Below, in pieces: positions 33,910-44,418 of a stretch of 44,564 bases of DNA; within the stretch, counting starts at the first letter, position 1; the number at the start of each line of letters is the position of its first letter. The position numbers and the translations under genes were made by a program. Location: assembly GCA_018714975.1 (NCBI GenBank), contig DVMN01000053.1:1-44564 (forward strand). The letters are read 5' to 3'. The notes beneath the pieces are model-generated. The model was not told where the DNA came from. It searched no databases and saw only the letters and a list, made by a program, of their open reading frames with translations. This DNA is from Candidatus Limadaptatus stercorigallinarum. GTDB lineage: Bacteria; Bacillota; Clostridia; Christensenellales; CAG-917.

Positions 33910-34665
33910 ATGATTAAGAAAAGAACGGTGGCTTCCGTACTGATAATTCTCGTGCTTGCGGCGTCCCTCTTCGCTCTCGTCGCGTGCGACAACGAAACAC
34001 CCGTCATAGAAACGCGCTTTGCGGTGAATATGGACGAAACGTCGGTGTGGGGGCTGGGCGGCACCGTGCTCGGTATGGCGATTGACGCCGACCGCAGCGG
34101 CATAACCCTGCGCAGCGACGGAACAATGCAGCTCGACCTCATTCTCAATTCCAAAATAGACACTTTGCTGTCGGCATTCGGGGGTGTTGTGGAAGGCGCG
34201 CTTGCGGGGCTTGATATGGAGTCCTTCTCGCAGACTTATCTGCAACCCATTATGCCCGGCTTCACCTTTGACGACATAGACGCGTCCCTCGCGCTTGCGA
34301 AAAATGCGCTGGGAGTGAGTTTCGTCAGCGACGACGCGGCGGAAACGGACGCGTTCATCGACGTGCTCGCGGAAGTGCTCACCACCGCTGAGCTGCCCGA
34401 CGTCATCGACATCCCCGAAGGCTTCGGTCTGCGCGTGGAAAGCACATATTACGTCAAAGACGTGGTCTATCCCGACGGTACGGTGTACAAGGGTGTGTAT
34501 CTCACCCCCACCGACCCCGACACCCAGCCCTATGTCGTGTTCGACCTGAGCGAAAACGGGGATGGCGGATACAGACTCAACCTCAAAGTCGATTTCATTC
34601 AGCTCAATCTCGTTGCGGACGAAGTGCTGCCCGAAGCGGAAGAAAGCACGGAGCAAACCGCATAA
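33910..34665 (+). CDS. lipoprotein, function unknown
   Basis: The signal peptide has the lipobox LVAC (MIKKRTVASVLIILVLAASLFALVAC). GGAGG SD is present. The mature part is acidic. Confidence 0.7.
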   Translation: MIKKRTVASVLIILVLAASLFALVACDNETPVIETRFAVNMDETSVWGLGGTVLGMAIDADRSGITLRSDGTMQLDLILNSKIDTLLSAFGGVVEGALAGLDMESFSQTYLQPIMPGFTFDDIDASLALAKNALGVSFVSDDAAETDAFIDVLAEVLTTAELPDVIDIPEGFGLRVESTYYVKDVVYPDGTVYKGVYLTPTDPDTQPYVVFDLSENGDGGYRLNLKVDFIQLNLVADEVLPEAEESTEQTA

Positions 34666-34686
34666 CCGATGCAAAGGCGCGCAACA

Positions 34687-34720
34687 CAAAACCCCTGCGG
34701 GAAATCCGCAGGGGTTTTTG
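34687..34720 (+). terminator. intrinsic terminator
   Basis: AAAACCCCTGCGG-GAAAT-CCGCAGGGGTTTT followed by TG. Confidence 0.85.
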
Positions 34721-34902
34721 TTCTGTGCGTCCGCGGCCGCGGGCGCAAACGGCCGCCGCGGCGGCTCTGCAATCCGTTCCCGAAAGAGGACGCGCGGCGG
34801 AATACGTCGGCGGGCAAAACGACGGGCGGGCAGAGGAAAGACGAAAAGGGCAAAGCCCCTCCGCCGTTTGTAAAGTGCGGAGGTATGTGTTAAGATAAAG
34901 GC

Positions 34903-35691
34903 GTGAAAGAAAAAGTCGGCGCAAAGGTCAATCTCTCCCTTGCCGTGACGGGAAAGCGCGGCGGACTGCACACTCTTGATATGCGGGTGTGCAGCGTATC
35001 CCTTTACGACACGGCGGAGATTATCGGGGGAGACGGCGCGCGCTTCGAGTGGGCGTCCGTGCCGCAGGGGTTTGTAAAGGAGATGTTCGAGCCTCGGCTG
35101 AACGAGATATATTCCGCGCTGAAAGCAAAATTCGGCGGAGATTTCCGCTTCCGTTTCCGGAAAGGCATTCCGTCGGGCGCGGGACTGGGCGGCTCTTCCG
35201 CGCTTGCCGCGGCGATGGCAAAACTATGGACGCGCGGGACGGGGAAGAGTGCGGACGACGGGTTCCTGCTTTCGCTGGGGTCGGACGTGCCTTATATGTA
35301 CAGAGGGGGCGAAGCGCGCGTGACGGGCTGCGGAGAGAGCGTGGAGCGCAGACCCTTTGTCGCAAGGAAAGTGCTCGTCGCATTTCCCGAGGGGGGCGTG
35401 GACACGGCGAAGGCGTATGCGCTCTACGACGATATGGCGGCACAGGGGACGTTGCCCGAAAGGGAGGGGGAGTTTTTCAACGACCTTTGCGCTCCCGCCG
35501 TGCGGCTCAATCCCGACGTGGCAAGGGTGAAGAATATGCTTTCGGAATGCGGCGCGGAGCGCGTCGTTATGTCGGGGAGCGGCAGCGCGGTGTGCGCGTT
35601 TTTCGGCATAGAGGAAGAAAGTTTTGCCCGCGGGGTTTATTTGCGGGCGAGCGCGGAAGCGCGCTGTGTGCTTGCAGACACCATACCGTGA
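34903..35691 (+). CDS. ispE: 4-diphosphocytidyl-2-C-methyl-D-erythritol kinase
   Basis: The N-terminus is AKVNLSLAVTGKRGGLHTLD. The GHMP kinase motif is KGIPSGAGLGGSSALAAA. The start is GTG. Confidence 0.75.
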   Translation: MKEKVGAKVNLSLAVTGKRGGLHTLDMRVCSVSLYDTAEIIGGDGARFEWASVPQGFVKEMFEPRLNEIYSALKAKFGGDFRFRFRKGIPSGAGLGGSSALAAAMAKLWTRGTGKSADDGFLLSLGSDVPYMYRGGEARVTGCGESVERRPFVARKVLVAFPEGGVDTAKAYALYDDMAAQGTLPEREGEFFNDLCAPAVRLNPDVARVKNMLSECGAERVVMSGSGSAVCAFFGIEEESFARGVYLRASAEARCVLADTIP

Positions 35692-35801
35692 AAAAATCCG
35701 ATTTAAGGCGGCATTTTGCGGCTTATATGCCGAAAAATGCGCAACTTGCGTTATTTTGACACGCAAAAAACCGCAGTTTTGGGAATTTTCGCAATTCCCC
35801 C

Positions 35802-35830
35802 TTGTGCGCGCGCATCTGTTTTGGTATAAT
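35802..35830 (+). promoter_or_regulatory. promoter TTGTGC-N17-TATAAT with TGG-extended -10, glycogen operon
   Basis: TTGTGC is at 35802-35807, the spacer is 17 nt, and TATAAT is at 35825-35830. Confidence 0.55.
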
Positions 35831-35873
35831 AAGCGTAGCACAAGAAATACTTTTCGGAGAGTCGGATAAAGTC

Positions 35874-37766
35874 ATGGTCTCGGGGCCCGATAGTTACTCA
35901 ACTTATCTTTTTCACGAAGGCACGAATTTTCAGGCGCAGAAGATGTTTTCTCCCGTTCCCGCGACGGTGGACGGAGAAGAGGGGTGGCGTTTTGCCGTAT
36001 GGGCGCCGAACGCGGAGGCGGTTTCCGTCGTGGGCGAGTTCAACGGCTGGGACAAAAACGCTTCGCCTATGCGGAATTTCGACGGCATCTGGTCCGTTTT
36101 TCTGTCCGGACTCAAACAGTACGACACTTACAAGTACGCCGTGACCGACAAGTCGGGCAGGACGGTGTTCAAATGCGACCCGTACGGTCTGCATTTCGAG
36201 ACTGCGCCCGCCAACGCGTCGAAACTTTACGACATTTCCGGGTATCGCTGGAAGGACCGCAAGTGGATGAACGACCGCAGGAATTACAATCCCTACGGCT
36301 CTCCGATGAACATTTACGAGGTTCACCTCGGCAGCTGGCGCAAGTATGCGGACGGCAACTGTCTGAGCTACACCGCAATCGCGGACCAGCTCATTCCTTA
36401 CGTCAAGAAGATGGGGTATACGCACATCGAGCTTATGCCCGTCACGGAGTATCCTTTCGACGGCAGCTGGGGCTATCAGGTGACGGGGATGTTCGCGCCC
36501 ACGTCGCGCTACGGCACGCCGAAGGATTTTATGGAATTCGTGGACCGCTGCCACCGTTCGGGCATAGGCGTCATCCTGGATTGGGTGCTGGCGCACTTCC
36601 CGCGCGACGAACACGGTCTGGCGATGTTCGACGGCACTCCGCTTTACGAGTACGCAGACCCGCGCAAGGGCGAGCACAAGGAGTGGGGCACCAAGGTGTA
36701 CGACTTCGGCAAGAACGAAGTGAAGAGTTTCCTCATTTCCGCCGCGATGTTCTGGTTCGACGAATATCACATCGACGGCATACGCTGCGACGCGGTGGCG
36801 AGTATGCTTTATCTCGACTACGGCAGGAAGGACGGAGAGTGGACGCCCAACGTCTACGGCGGGAATTATAATCTGGAAGCGAAGGAATTCTTGCAGAAAA
36901 TGAACACCGCCATCCTCACCAAACATCAGGGCGCGCTCACGATAGCGGAGGAGTCCACCGCGTTCCCGATGGTCACGCTTCCCGCTTATCAGGGAGGTCT
37001 GGGGTTCAACTTCAAGTGGAATATGGGCTGGATGAACGACTGCCTGCATTACCTTTCCCTCGACCCGTTTTTCCGCAAGGACAATCACAACAATCTCACT
37101 TTCGCCATCACTTACGCCTATTCCGAAAACTATATCCTGCCCATCTCGCACGACGAGGTCGTGCACGGCAAGGCGAGTATGATAAACAAAGTCCCCGGCG
37201 ACTACGACCAGAAGTTCGAGGGGCTGAAAGCGTTCTACGGCTTTATGATGGGACACCCCGGCAAAAAGCTGAACTTTATGGGGAACGAGTTCGCGCAGTT
37301 CATCGAGTGGAACTATGCGCAGGAGCTGGACTGGTTTTTGCTGGATTATCCGCGCCACCGCACCTTCCGCAAGTTTATCAAGGACCTCAACGCGTTTTAT
37401 CTGGAAAACAAGGCGCTGTGGCAGCTGGATTGCAGCTTCGACGGCTTCAAGTGGATTGTCGTGGACGACAACAGGCAGAACATCGTGTCCTTCATCCGCC
37501 GCGCCGCGGACGGCGATTACGTCATATGCGTGGTCAACTTTTCGCCCGTGGAGAGGAAGAAGTATGTCATGGGTGTGCCCGAAAATAAAATTTACAAGGC
37601 GGAGCTGACGTCCGCTTTGAAAAAATACGGCGGGGAGGAGGAAAGACGTCCGTCTTTCCGCGCCGTCGGAAAGCCGTCGCACGGCTATCCGTATTCCGTC
37701 AAACTGAACATTCCCGCGAATTCGGTAATGTTCCTGAGCGCCGAAAATAAGGAGGAAAAGAAATGA
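35874..37766 (+). CDS. glgB: 1,4-alpha-glucan branching enzyme
   Basis: [19 protein letters not shown]...IYEVHLGSW...[10 protein letters not shown]...[11 protein letters not shown]...DGIRCDAV...IAEEST are the GH13 branching-enzyme blocks. Confidence 0.95.
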   Translation: MVSGPDSYSTYLFHEGTNFQAQKMFSPVPATVDGEEGWRFAVWAPNAEAVSVVGEFNGWDKNASPMRNFDGIWSVFLSGLKQYDTYKYAVTDKSGRTVFKCDPYGLHFETAPANASKLYDISGYRWKDRKWMNDRRNYNPYGSPMNIYEVHLGSWRKYADGNCLSYTAIADQLIPYVKKMGYTHIELMPVTEYPFDGSWGYQVTGMFAPTSRYGTPKDFMEFVDRCHRSGIGVILDWVLAHFPRDEHGLAMFDGTPLYEYADPRKGEHKEWGTKVYDFGKNEVKSFLISAAMFWFDEYHIDGIRCDAVASMLYLDYGRKDGEWTPNVYGGNYNLEAKEFLQKMNTAILTKHQGALTIAEESTAFPMVTLPAYQGGLGFNFKWNMGWMNDCLHYLSLDPFFRKDNHNNLTFAITYAYSENYILPISHDEVVHGKASMINKVPGDYDQKFEGLKAFYGFMMGHPGKKLNFMGNEFAQFIEWNYAQELDWFLLDYPRHRTFRKFIKDLNAFYLENKALWQLDCSFDGFKWIVVDDNRQNIVSFIRRAADGDYVICVVNFSPVERKKYVMGVPENKIYKAELTSALKKYGGEEERRPSFRAVGKPSHGYPYSVKLNIPANSVMFLSAENKEEKK

Positions 37767-38968
37767 AAAAATCTGTCAAAAAGGAATGCATCGCCATGCT
37801 GCTTGCGGGCGGGCAGGGGACGAGGCTCGGGGTGCTCACCAAGGATGTGGCAAAGCCCGCCGTACCCTTTGCGGCGAAGTACCGCATCATAGACTTTCCC
37901 CTGTCCAACTGCATAAACAGCGGCATAGACACAGTGGGCGTGCTCACGCAGTATCAGCCTTTCGAGCTCAACCAGTACATAGGCAACGGCCAGCCGTGGG
38001 ACCTCGACAGACTGAACGGAGGTATATTCGTGCTGCCACCCTTTATGCGCGCGAAATCGGGCGAATGGTATAAGGGCACGGCGAACGCGATTTATCAGAA
38101 CATAGAGTTTATCGACGACTACAATCCCGATTATGTGCTCATTCTGTCGGGTGACCACATTTACAAGATGGATTACGCCGAGATGCTCGCCGCGCACAAG
38201 AAGAACAGGGCGGATTGCACGATTGCCGTCCGCGACGTGCCCATCGAGGAGGCGAGCCGCTTCGGCATAATGAACCTCAAAAAGAACGGCGAGATATACG
38301 AATTCGAAGAAAAGCCCAAGCAGCCCAAGAGCAACAAGGCGTCTATGGGCATATACGTCTTCACGTGGAGCGTGCTGCGCCGTTATCTCGTCGAGGACGA
38401 GGCGAACAAGGAGTCCGACAACGACTTCGGCAAGAACATCATCACCAAGATGATTGCGGACGGGCAGAGGATGTTCGCCTATCAGTTTGACGGCTACTGG
38501 AAGGACGTCGGCACGATTTCCTCCCTGTGGGAAGCGAATATGGACGTCCTGCGCGGCGGCGCGGGAGAGGAAGACCTCGACCTCGACGACGACAGCTGGA
38601 AGATTTACGCGAGGAATATGGCGGAGCCGCCGCAGTTCATTTCTCCGACGGGCAGGGTGCAGAACTGCCTGATTTCGGAAGGCACCGTGGTGCACGGCAC
38701 CGTCAAGGACAGCATAGTTTCGCACTCCGCCACCATAGGCAAGAACGCTTACGTCGAAGGCTCGATAATTATGCCCGGCGCGACGGTGGAAGAGGGCGCG
38801 GACGTGCGCTATTCGATAGTCGGCTGGGACGCCGTCGTCGGCAAGGGATGTATGGTGGGAGAAACGCTCTCCGAATGCAAGCCCGGCGAATGGAAAATCA
38901 GCGTTATCGCTCCCGGCTATGAGCTGCCCGACGGCACCGTCGTGGGCGCGAACGAAATGATAGGGTAA
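37763..38968 (+). CDS. glgC: glucose-1-phosphate adenylyltransferase
   Basis: [44 protein letters not shown]. The start overlaps the glgB stop (ATGA). Confidence 0.95.
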   Translation: MKKSVKKECIAMLLAGGQGTRLGVLTKDVAKPAVPFAAKYRIIDFPLSNCINSGIDTVGVLTQYQPFELNQYIGNGQPWDLDRLNGGIFVLPPFMRAKSGEWYKGTANAIYQNIEFIDDYNPDYVLILSGDHIYKMDYAEMLAAHKKNRADCTIAVRDVPIEEASRFGIMNLKKNGEIYEFEEKPKQPKSNKASMGIYVFTWSVLRRYLVEDEANKESDNDFGKNIITKMIADGQRMFAYQFDGYWKDVGTISSLWEANMDVLRGGAGEEDLDLDDDSWKIYARNMAEPPQFISPTGRVQNCLISEGTVVHGTVKDSIVSHSATIGKNAYVEGSIIMPGATVEEGADVRYSIVGWDAVVGKGCMVGETLSECKPGEWKISVIAPGYELPDGTVVGANEMIG

Positions 38969-38978
38969 GGAGGGGAAT

Positions 38979-40094
38979 ATGAAAAACAACGCACTCGGCA
39001 TTCTGTTTGCGTCCGACGAAGACAGCCATCTCAACGACCTGACCATACACCGCACGACGGCGAGTCTGCCCTATGCCGGTAGATACCGCCTGATAGACTT
39101 CGTGCTCTCCAATATGGTGCACGCCAACATCACGAAAATCGGCATCATCACGCGCAACAACTACAACAGCCTTATGGACCACATCAGACAGGGGCGCGAC
39201 TGGGACCTCAACCGCAAGAACAGCGGCATTTCCGTCTATCCTCCCTTTGTCTTCAATGCGGCGCACGAGGTGTACAAGGGCAAGATAGAAGCGCTGTATA
39301 TGCTGCGCGGATTTATGCTGAAATCCTCCGAAGACTATGTCGTCATCAGCAACGCGAACATAGCCTTCAACATCGATTTCGAGGAAGTGGAAAAGTTCCA
39401 CGTCGAGCGCGGCGCGGACATCACGATGCTCACTTATTCCACGGAGGACGTCACTCCGCGCAAGCTCGTCGTCACCGCGGACAAGAACAAGAGGATTAAG
39501 GATTTGCGCTATCCCGTTTCCACGGACACGGGCAAACAGCTGTGCAACCTCAACATCTATTACGTCAAGAAGGATTTGCTCATCTCCCTCATCGACAACG
39601 CGTACGCGCACGGCGCATACGATTTCGAGAAGGACATCCTGCGCGCCAGCCTGGACGAACTTTACGTGATGAGCTACGAAGTGGACAACTACGTCGCGGT
39701 CATCGACCGCATCCCGACCTACTTCAAGCGCAGTATGGACCTGCTCAATCCCGAGGTGAGGGAAGACCTGTTCTACAATCATTCCACCATACTCACCAAG
39801 GTCAAGGACAGCGTCCCGACGAAGTATAAAGAGGGCGCCAACGTGCACAATTCCATTATCGCGGACGGCTGCGAAATCAACGGCACGGTGGAAAACAGCA
39901 TCCTGTTCAGAAGCGTAAGGGTGGGCAAAGGCGCGGTCATACGCAACTCCATCATTATGGAAAACGGCATAGTGATGGAAAACGCGCAGCTGGATTACGT
40001 CATCACGGACAAGTCCTGCATCATACAATCGGGAAGAAGGCTTGCGGGTTACGAAAGCTACCCGATGGTGGTGGTGAAAAACAAAATAATCTGA
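38979..40094 (+). CDS. glgD: glucose-1-phosphate adenylyltransferase regulatory subunit GlgD
   Basis: This GlgC paralog lacks the GGxGxRL loop (ILFASDEDSHLNDLTIHRTTASLPYAGRYRLIDFVLSN) and sits immediately after glgC, as in Firmicutes. Confidence 0.9.
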   Translation: MKNNALGILFASDEDSHLNDLTIHRTTASLPYAGRYRLIDFVLSNMVHANITKIGIITRNNYNSLMDHIRQGRDWDLNRKNSGISVYPPFVFNAAHEVYKGKIEALYMLRGFMLKSSEDYVVISNANIAFNIDFEEVEKFHVERGADITMLTYSTEDVTPRKLVVTADKNKRIKDLRYPVSTDTGKQLCNLNIYYVKKDLLISLIDNAYAHGAYDFEKDILRASLDELYVMSYEVDNYVAVIDRIPTYFKRSMDLLNPEVREDLFYNHSTILTKVKDSVPTKYKEGANVHNSIIADGCEINGTVENSILFRSVRVGKGAVIRNSIIMENGIVMENAQLDYVITDKSCIIQSGRRLAGYESYPMVVVKNKII

Positions 40095-40095
40095 C

Positions 40096-40372
40096 CCTTT
40101 CGGGGCCCCCGCCGAAAGGATGAAATCGTTTCGGTGGGGCATAACTCGGGGTCCCCGTCAAATCACCGCAGGCGATTTTACGGGGCATAACTCGGGGCCC
40201 CCGTCAAGAAATCTCCGATTTTTTGATGGGGCATAAATTCGGGGCCCCCGCCGAAAGGACGCAGTCGTTTCGGTGGGGTATAACTCGGGGTCCCCGCAGA
40301 AAAATCTCTGATTTTTATGTGGGGTATAATTCGGGGTCCCCATTAAACGGATGCAATCCGTTTAATGGGGTA
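40096..40372 (+). repeat. array of six tandem 46-47-bp hairpin units in the glgD-glgA spacer
   Basis: Linker GGGG-Y-ATAA-(C/T/AT)-TCGGGG-Y-CCCC occurs at 40136, 40182, 40228, 40275 and 40321, with partial copies at both ends. Palindromic 24-25-nt cores lie between the linkers. Predicted stems are 40106-40139, 40153-40185, 40198-40231, 40245-40278, 40292-40324 and 40338-40370. Confidence 0.9.
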
Positions 40373-40387
40373 AAACAAGGAGGTCTT

Positions 40388-41809
40388 ATGAAAATCTTAT
40401 TCGTAGCGTCGGAAGCGGCTCCGTTTGCGAGAACGGGAGGTCTGGGCGACGTGGCGGGCGCGCTGCCGAAAGCGTTCAAAAAGCTCGGTCACGACGCGAG
40501 AGTCATTCTTCCTTACTACAAGGAGGAAATCAAGGATTCTTTCAAAAGCAGTATGCGTTTTGTCGGTTCGACGTTCGTGGACCTCAGCTGGCGCAGGCAA
40601 TATGCGGGGGTTTACGAAGCGGTTTACGACGGAATAACCTATTATTTCGTCGACAACGAGTTTTATTTCAAGCGCAGGGGGCTGTACGGGCACTTTGACG
40701 ACGGCGAGCGTTTCGCGTATTTCGCGAAGGCTGTCCCCGAAGTGCTTCCGCTCATCGGTTTCTTCCCCGACGTGCTGCACTGCAATGACTGGCAGACCGC
40801 GCTCACGCCCGTTTATCTCGACGTGTATTACCGCTTTTCGGACGAATACCGCAACATCAAGACGGTGTTCACCATCCACAACATCGAGTTCCAGGGCAAG
40901 TACGGCACGGAGCTGCTCGCAGACGTTATGGGACTGCCCGAATGGGCGCACTCGCTCGTGCTCAACGACGGCTGCGTGAACTATATGAAGGGCGGCATAG
41001 AGTCCGCCGCGGCGGTCACCACCGTGAGTGAAACCTACGCGACCGAAATCCTCGACCCATTCTATTCCTACGGGCTGGACGGCATACTTTCCGAGCGCAG
41101 ATACAAGCTGCACGGGGTGATAAACGGCATCGACACCGCGGTGTACGACCCCGCGAAAGACGACGCGCTCTTCCAGAACTACACGCTTCGCAGCATCGGC
41201 AAAAAGAAGCTCAACAAAAAGGGGCTGTGCGAGATGATAGACCTCGCATACGACGAAAACCGTCCCCTCATCGCAATGGTGACGCGGCTTACGGAACAGA
41301 AGGGTATGGACCTCGTCGCCGCGGTGGTGGACGAAATTATGCGCGCGGACGTGCAGATGGTCGTGCTGGGAACGGGCGACTGGAAGTACGAGAATATGAT
41401 AAAGCGCGTGCAGGAACAGTATCCCGCGAAATTCCGCGCCATACTGCAATTTTCCAGCGACATCGCAAGCAAACTTTACGGGGCGGCGGACATCTTCCTC
41501 ATGCCGTCCAAGTTTGAGCCCTGCGGGCTGAGCCAGATGATAGCGATGCGCTACGGCACCGTGCCCGTCGTGCGCGAAACGGGCGGGCTGAAAGACACCG
41601 TCGAGCCTTACAACCCCGTGGAGAAAACGGGTGTGGGCTTCACGTTCAAGACGTATAATTCGTATGATATGCTGGACGCCGTGTGGCGCGCTTACGGCAC
41701 TTTCTTCGACAAGGAGAACTGGAAGGCGGTGGTGTCCAACGGTATGAAAAAGGACTTCGGTTGGGAAGTGTCGGCGAAGAAGTATCTCGACATCTACAAC
41801 GGCATCTGA
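40388..41809 (+). CDS. glgA: glycogen synthase
   Basis: MKILFVASEAAPFARTGGLGDVAGALPKA is present. The ATG at 40388 lies 4 nt after AAGGAGG. The longer track ORF start lies inside the repeat array. Confidence 0.95.
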   Translation: MKILFVASEAAPFARTGGLGDVAGALPKAFKKLGHDARVILPYYKEEIKDSFKSSMRFVGSTFVDLSWRRQYAGVYEAVYDGITYYFVDNEFYFKRRGLYGHFDDGERFAYFAKAVPEVLPLIGFFPDVLHCNDWQTALTPVYLDVYYRFSDEYRNIKTVFTIHNIEFQGKYGTELLADVMGLPEWAHSLVLNDGCVNYMKGGIESAAAVTTVSETYATEILDPFYSYGLDGILSERRYKLHGVINGIDTAVYDPAKDDALFQNYTLRSIGKKKLNKKGLCEMIDLAYDENRPLIAMVTRLTEQKGMDLVAAVVDEIMRADVQMVVLGTGDWKYENMIKRVQEQYPAKFRAILQFSSDIASKLYGAADIFLMPSKFEPCGLSQMIAMRYGTVPVVRETGGLKDTVEPYNPVEKTGVGFTFKTYNSYDMLDAVWRAYGTFFDKENWKAVVSNGMKKDFGWEVSAKKYLDIYNGI

Positions 41810-41916
41810 AATCACGCCGTCCCGCACAACGGGACGGCACGCGCCGCGGCGTGAGCCGCGGTTTATAATCTCGCACAACATCTCTCGACGGGGGAAACGA
41901 GGGAAAAGAAGGTAAA

Positions 41917-44346
41917 ATGGCAGCTTTTAACGTAACTACAAAGGAATTCAAAAATCAAATCGTTTCCCTGATGGCAAGGTATTTCGGCGTCAAGCCCGAA
42001 GAGGCAAGCAAAACGCAGCTTTATCAGGCCACCTGCATCTGTGTGCGCGACCTGCTCACGCAGACACGCGTCAATTTCAAGAAGAGAGTGCGCGAACAGA
42101 ACGCAAAACAGGTCTACTATATGTCCATGGAGTTTTTGCTGGGACGCTCCCTCAAAAACCATCTCTTCAATATGGGCATAACCGAGCAGGTGGCGCAGGC
42201 GGTCAAGGAGCTCGGCGCCGACCTCGAAGAGCTTTATTCCTTCGAGCCCGACGCGGGACTCGGCAACGGCGGGCTCGGCAGACTTGCCGCGGCGTATATG
42301 GACGCGCTGACTTCGGAAGGCTATGCCGCAAGCGGCTTCTCCATAATGTACGACTACGGCATTTTCAAGCAGGTCATCGTGGACGGCTGGCAGCTGGAAC
42401 AGCCCGACGAGTGGCTCAAAATGGGCAGCGTGTGGCTCTCGCCCCGTCCCGAGGAAACTTATGAAGTCAAGTTCGGCGGAGTGGTGGACGAAAGCTGGGA
42501 AAACGGCAGACTCACCGTGCGCCAGCGCGACTGCACGACGGTGCTTGCCGTGCCGTACGATATGAACATATCGGGCTATCACACGTCCGCCGTCAACCGC
42601 ATAAGGCTGTGGTCGTCCAAGGCGCCCGTCGACTTCGATATGTCGATGTTCTCGCGCGGAGAATACGTCAAGGCGATGTCCGCCAAGGCGATGGCGGAGT
42701 CCATCTCCAAGGTGCTTTATCCCGCGGACGACCATCTCGAAGGCAAGTCGCTCAGGCTCAAACAGCAGTATTTCTTCGTTTCCGCCTCCATCCAGAGCAT
42801 AATCAAGAGGCATTTGAAGACAAATCCTTCGCTCGATAATCTGGCGGACTGCGTCGCCATCCACATCAACGACACCCATCCCACGCTCTGCATTCCCGAA
42901 CTGATGAGGATACTCCTCGACGAGTACGGGATGAGCTGGGAAAAGGCGTGGGAAATCACGACGGGCTGCATTTCCTACACCAACCACACCGTTATGGCGG
43001 AGGCGCTGGAAAAGTGGCCGCAGGACCTCTTCCAGACACTGCTCCCGCGCATATACCAGATTGTGCACGAAATCAATCAGCGTTTTGTCGGCGAGCTCTG
43101 GCAGTTCTATCCCTCCAACTGGGACGCCGTCAGCCGCAACGCCATACTTTCGGACGGGCAGATTAAGATGGCGAACCTCTGCCTCGTCACCTCGCACACC
43201 ATAAACGGCGTCAGCGCGCTGCACTCCGACATACTCAAACACGACGTTTTCCGCGAATATTACAATATGCACCCCGAAAAGTTCACCAACGTCACCAACG
43301 GCATCACACATCGCCGCTGGGTCGCGGAGGCGAATCCGGAACTCGCCGCGCTCATCACCGAACTTATCGGCGACGCGTGGCTGACGGATGCGGACAGGCT
43401 CAAAGACCTGCTGCGCTATATGGGCGACGGAGCGGTGCTCGAAAGGCTGGAAAAGATTAAACGCGCCAACAAGGTGCGCCTTGCCGCCTACATCAAAGAG
43501 GCAAACGGCGTGGACGTCGACCCCGACTCGATTTTCGACGTGCAGGTCAAACGTCTGCACGAGTACAAGCGCCAGCTGCTGAACGCGCTGCACATCCTCG
43601 ACCTCTATTTCCGCATAAAGGAAAACCCCGACCTCGACATCAAGCCGCGCACTTTCGTCTTCGGGGCGAAAGCCGCGTCCGCGTATTATATGGCGAAGCA
43701 GATAATACGCCTTATCTGCACGCTGGGCAAGGTCATCAACAACGACCCCGACGTCAAAGGCAAGCTCAAAGTCGTGTTCCTTGAAAACTACCGCGTCACG
43801 CTTGCCGAGCTCATTATGCCGGCGGCGGAAGTCAGCGAGCAGATATCCATTGCGGGCAAGGAAGCCAGCGGCACGGGCAATATGAAGTTTATGATAAACG
43901 GCGCGCTCACCGTGGGCACTATGGACGGCGCCAACGTGGAGATACACGAGGAAGTGGGCGACGAAAACATCTTCCTTTTCGGTCTGCTTGCCGAAGAAGT
44001 GCAGGAACTCTGGCGCAGGGGATACAATCCCACGCACTATTACCAGACGGACGCGCGCATCAAACGCGTCATCGACGCGCTGCGCCACGGCATAGGCGGA
44101 GTGAACTTCTCCGAAATCGCCGACAGCCTCACCATCGGCAGGGGAGGCACCCCCGACGGCTATATGGTGCTGGCTGACTTCGCGTCCTACTGCGACGTTC
44201 AGAAGAAAGTGGACGAGGTCTACCGCGACCGCGAACGCTGGAACAGAATGTCCCTCATCAACATCGCGAAGGCGGGGTTCTTCGCCGCCGACAGGGCGGT
44301 CAAGGAATACGCCGACAGGATATGGGGCGTGCACCGCATCAAATAA
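41917..44346 (+). CDS. glgP: glycogen/alpha-glucan phosphorylase
   Basis: GLGNGGLGRLAA is present, along with the PLP-lysine block EASGTGNMKFMINGALTVGTMDGANVE. Confidence 0.95.
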   Translation: MAAFNVTTKEFKNQIVSLMARYFGVKPEEASKTQLYQATCICVRDLLTQTRVNFKKRVREQNAKQVYYMSMEFLLGRSLKNHLFNMGITEQVAQAVKELGADLEELYSFEPDAGLGNGGLGRLAAAYMDALTSEGYAASGFSIMYDYGIFKQVIVDGWQLEQPDEWLKMGSVWLSPRPEETYEVKFGGVVDESWENGRLTVRQRDCTTVLAVPYDMNISGYHTSAVNRIRLWSSKAPVDFDMSMFSRGEYVKAMSAKAMAESISKVLYPADDHLEGKSLRLKQQYFFVSASIQSIIKRHLKTNPSLDNLADCVAIHINDTHPTLCIPELMRILLDEYGMSWEKAWEITTGCISYTNHTVMAEALEKWPQDLFQTLLPRIYQIVHEINQRFVGELWQFYPSNWDAVSRNAILSDGQIKMANLCLVTSHTINGVSALHSDILKHDVFREYYNMHPEKFTNVTNGITHRRWVAEANPELAALITELIGDAWLTDADRLKDLLRYMGDGAVLERLEKIKRANKVRLAAYIKEANGVDVDPDSIFDVQVKRLHEYKRQLLNALHILDLYFRIKENPDLDIKPRTFVFGAKAASAYYMAKQIIRLICTLGKVINNDPDVKGKLKVVFLENYRVTLAELIMPAAEVSEQISIAGKEASGTGNMKFMINGALTVGTMDGANVEIHEEVGDENIFLFGLLAEEVQELWRRGYNPTHYYQTDARIKRVIDALRHGIGGVNFSEIADSLTIGRGGTPDGYMVLADFASYCDVQKKVDEVYRDRERWNRMSLINIAKAGFFAADRAVKEYADRIWGVHRIK

Positions 44347-44352
44347 AGCGAC

Positions 44353-44381
44353 CCGCGCCGCAGAAATGCGGCGCTGTTTTT
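44353..44381 (+). terminator. intrinsic terminator after glgP
   Basis: GCGCCGC-AGAAA-TGCGGCGC followed by TGTTTTT. Confidence 0.65.
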
Positions 44382-44418
44382 ACCGCGCGGAACGCGTGCG
44401 CGCACTAAGGAGAACGCT

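Noticed and set aside
40158-40343. A 61-aa minus-strand ORF with GxPELxP repeats, and the extended glgA ORF that starts at 40223.
   Set aside because: Both are translations of the hairpin array. The genuine glgA start (MKILFVASEAAPF) has a perfect SD at 40377-40383.
40096-40372. Possible small CRISPR array, with ~21-nt repeats and ~25-nt spacers at regular 46-bp periodicity.
   Set aside because: The spacers are themselves palindromes. They fall into related sequence classes, and H1 and H4 are nearly identical. Repeat and spacer pair with each other. The array lies inside an operon between an upstream stop codon and a downstream SD. No cas genes or leader are present in the window.
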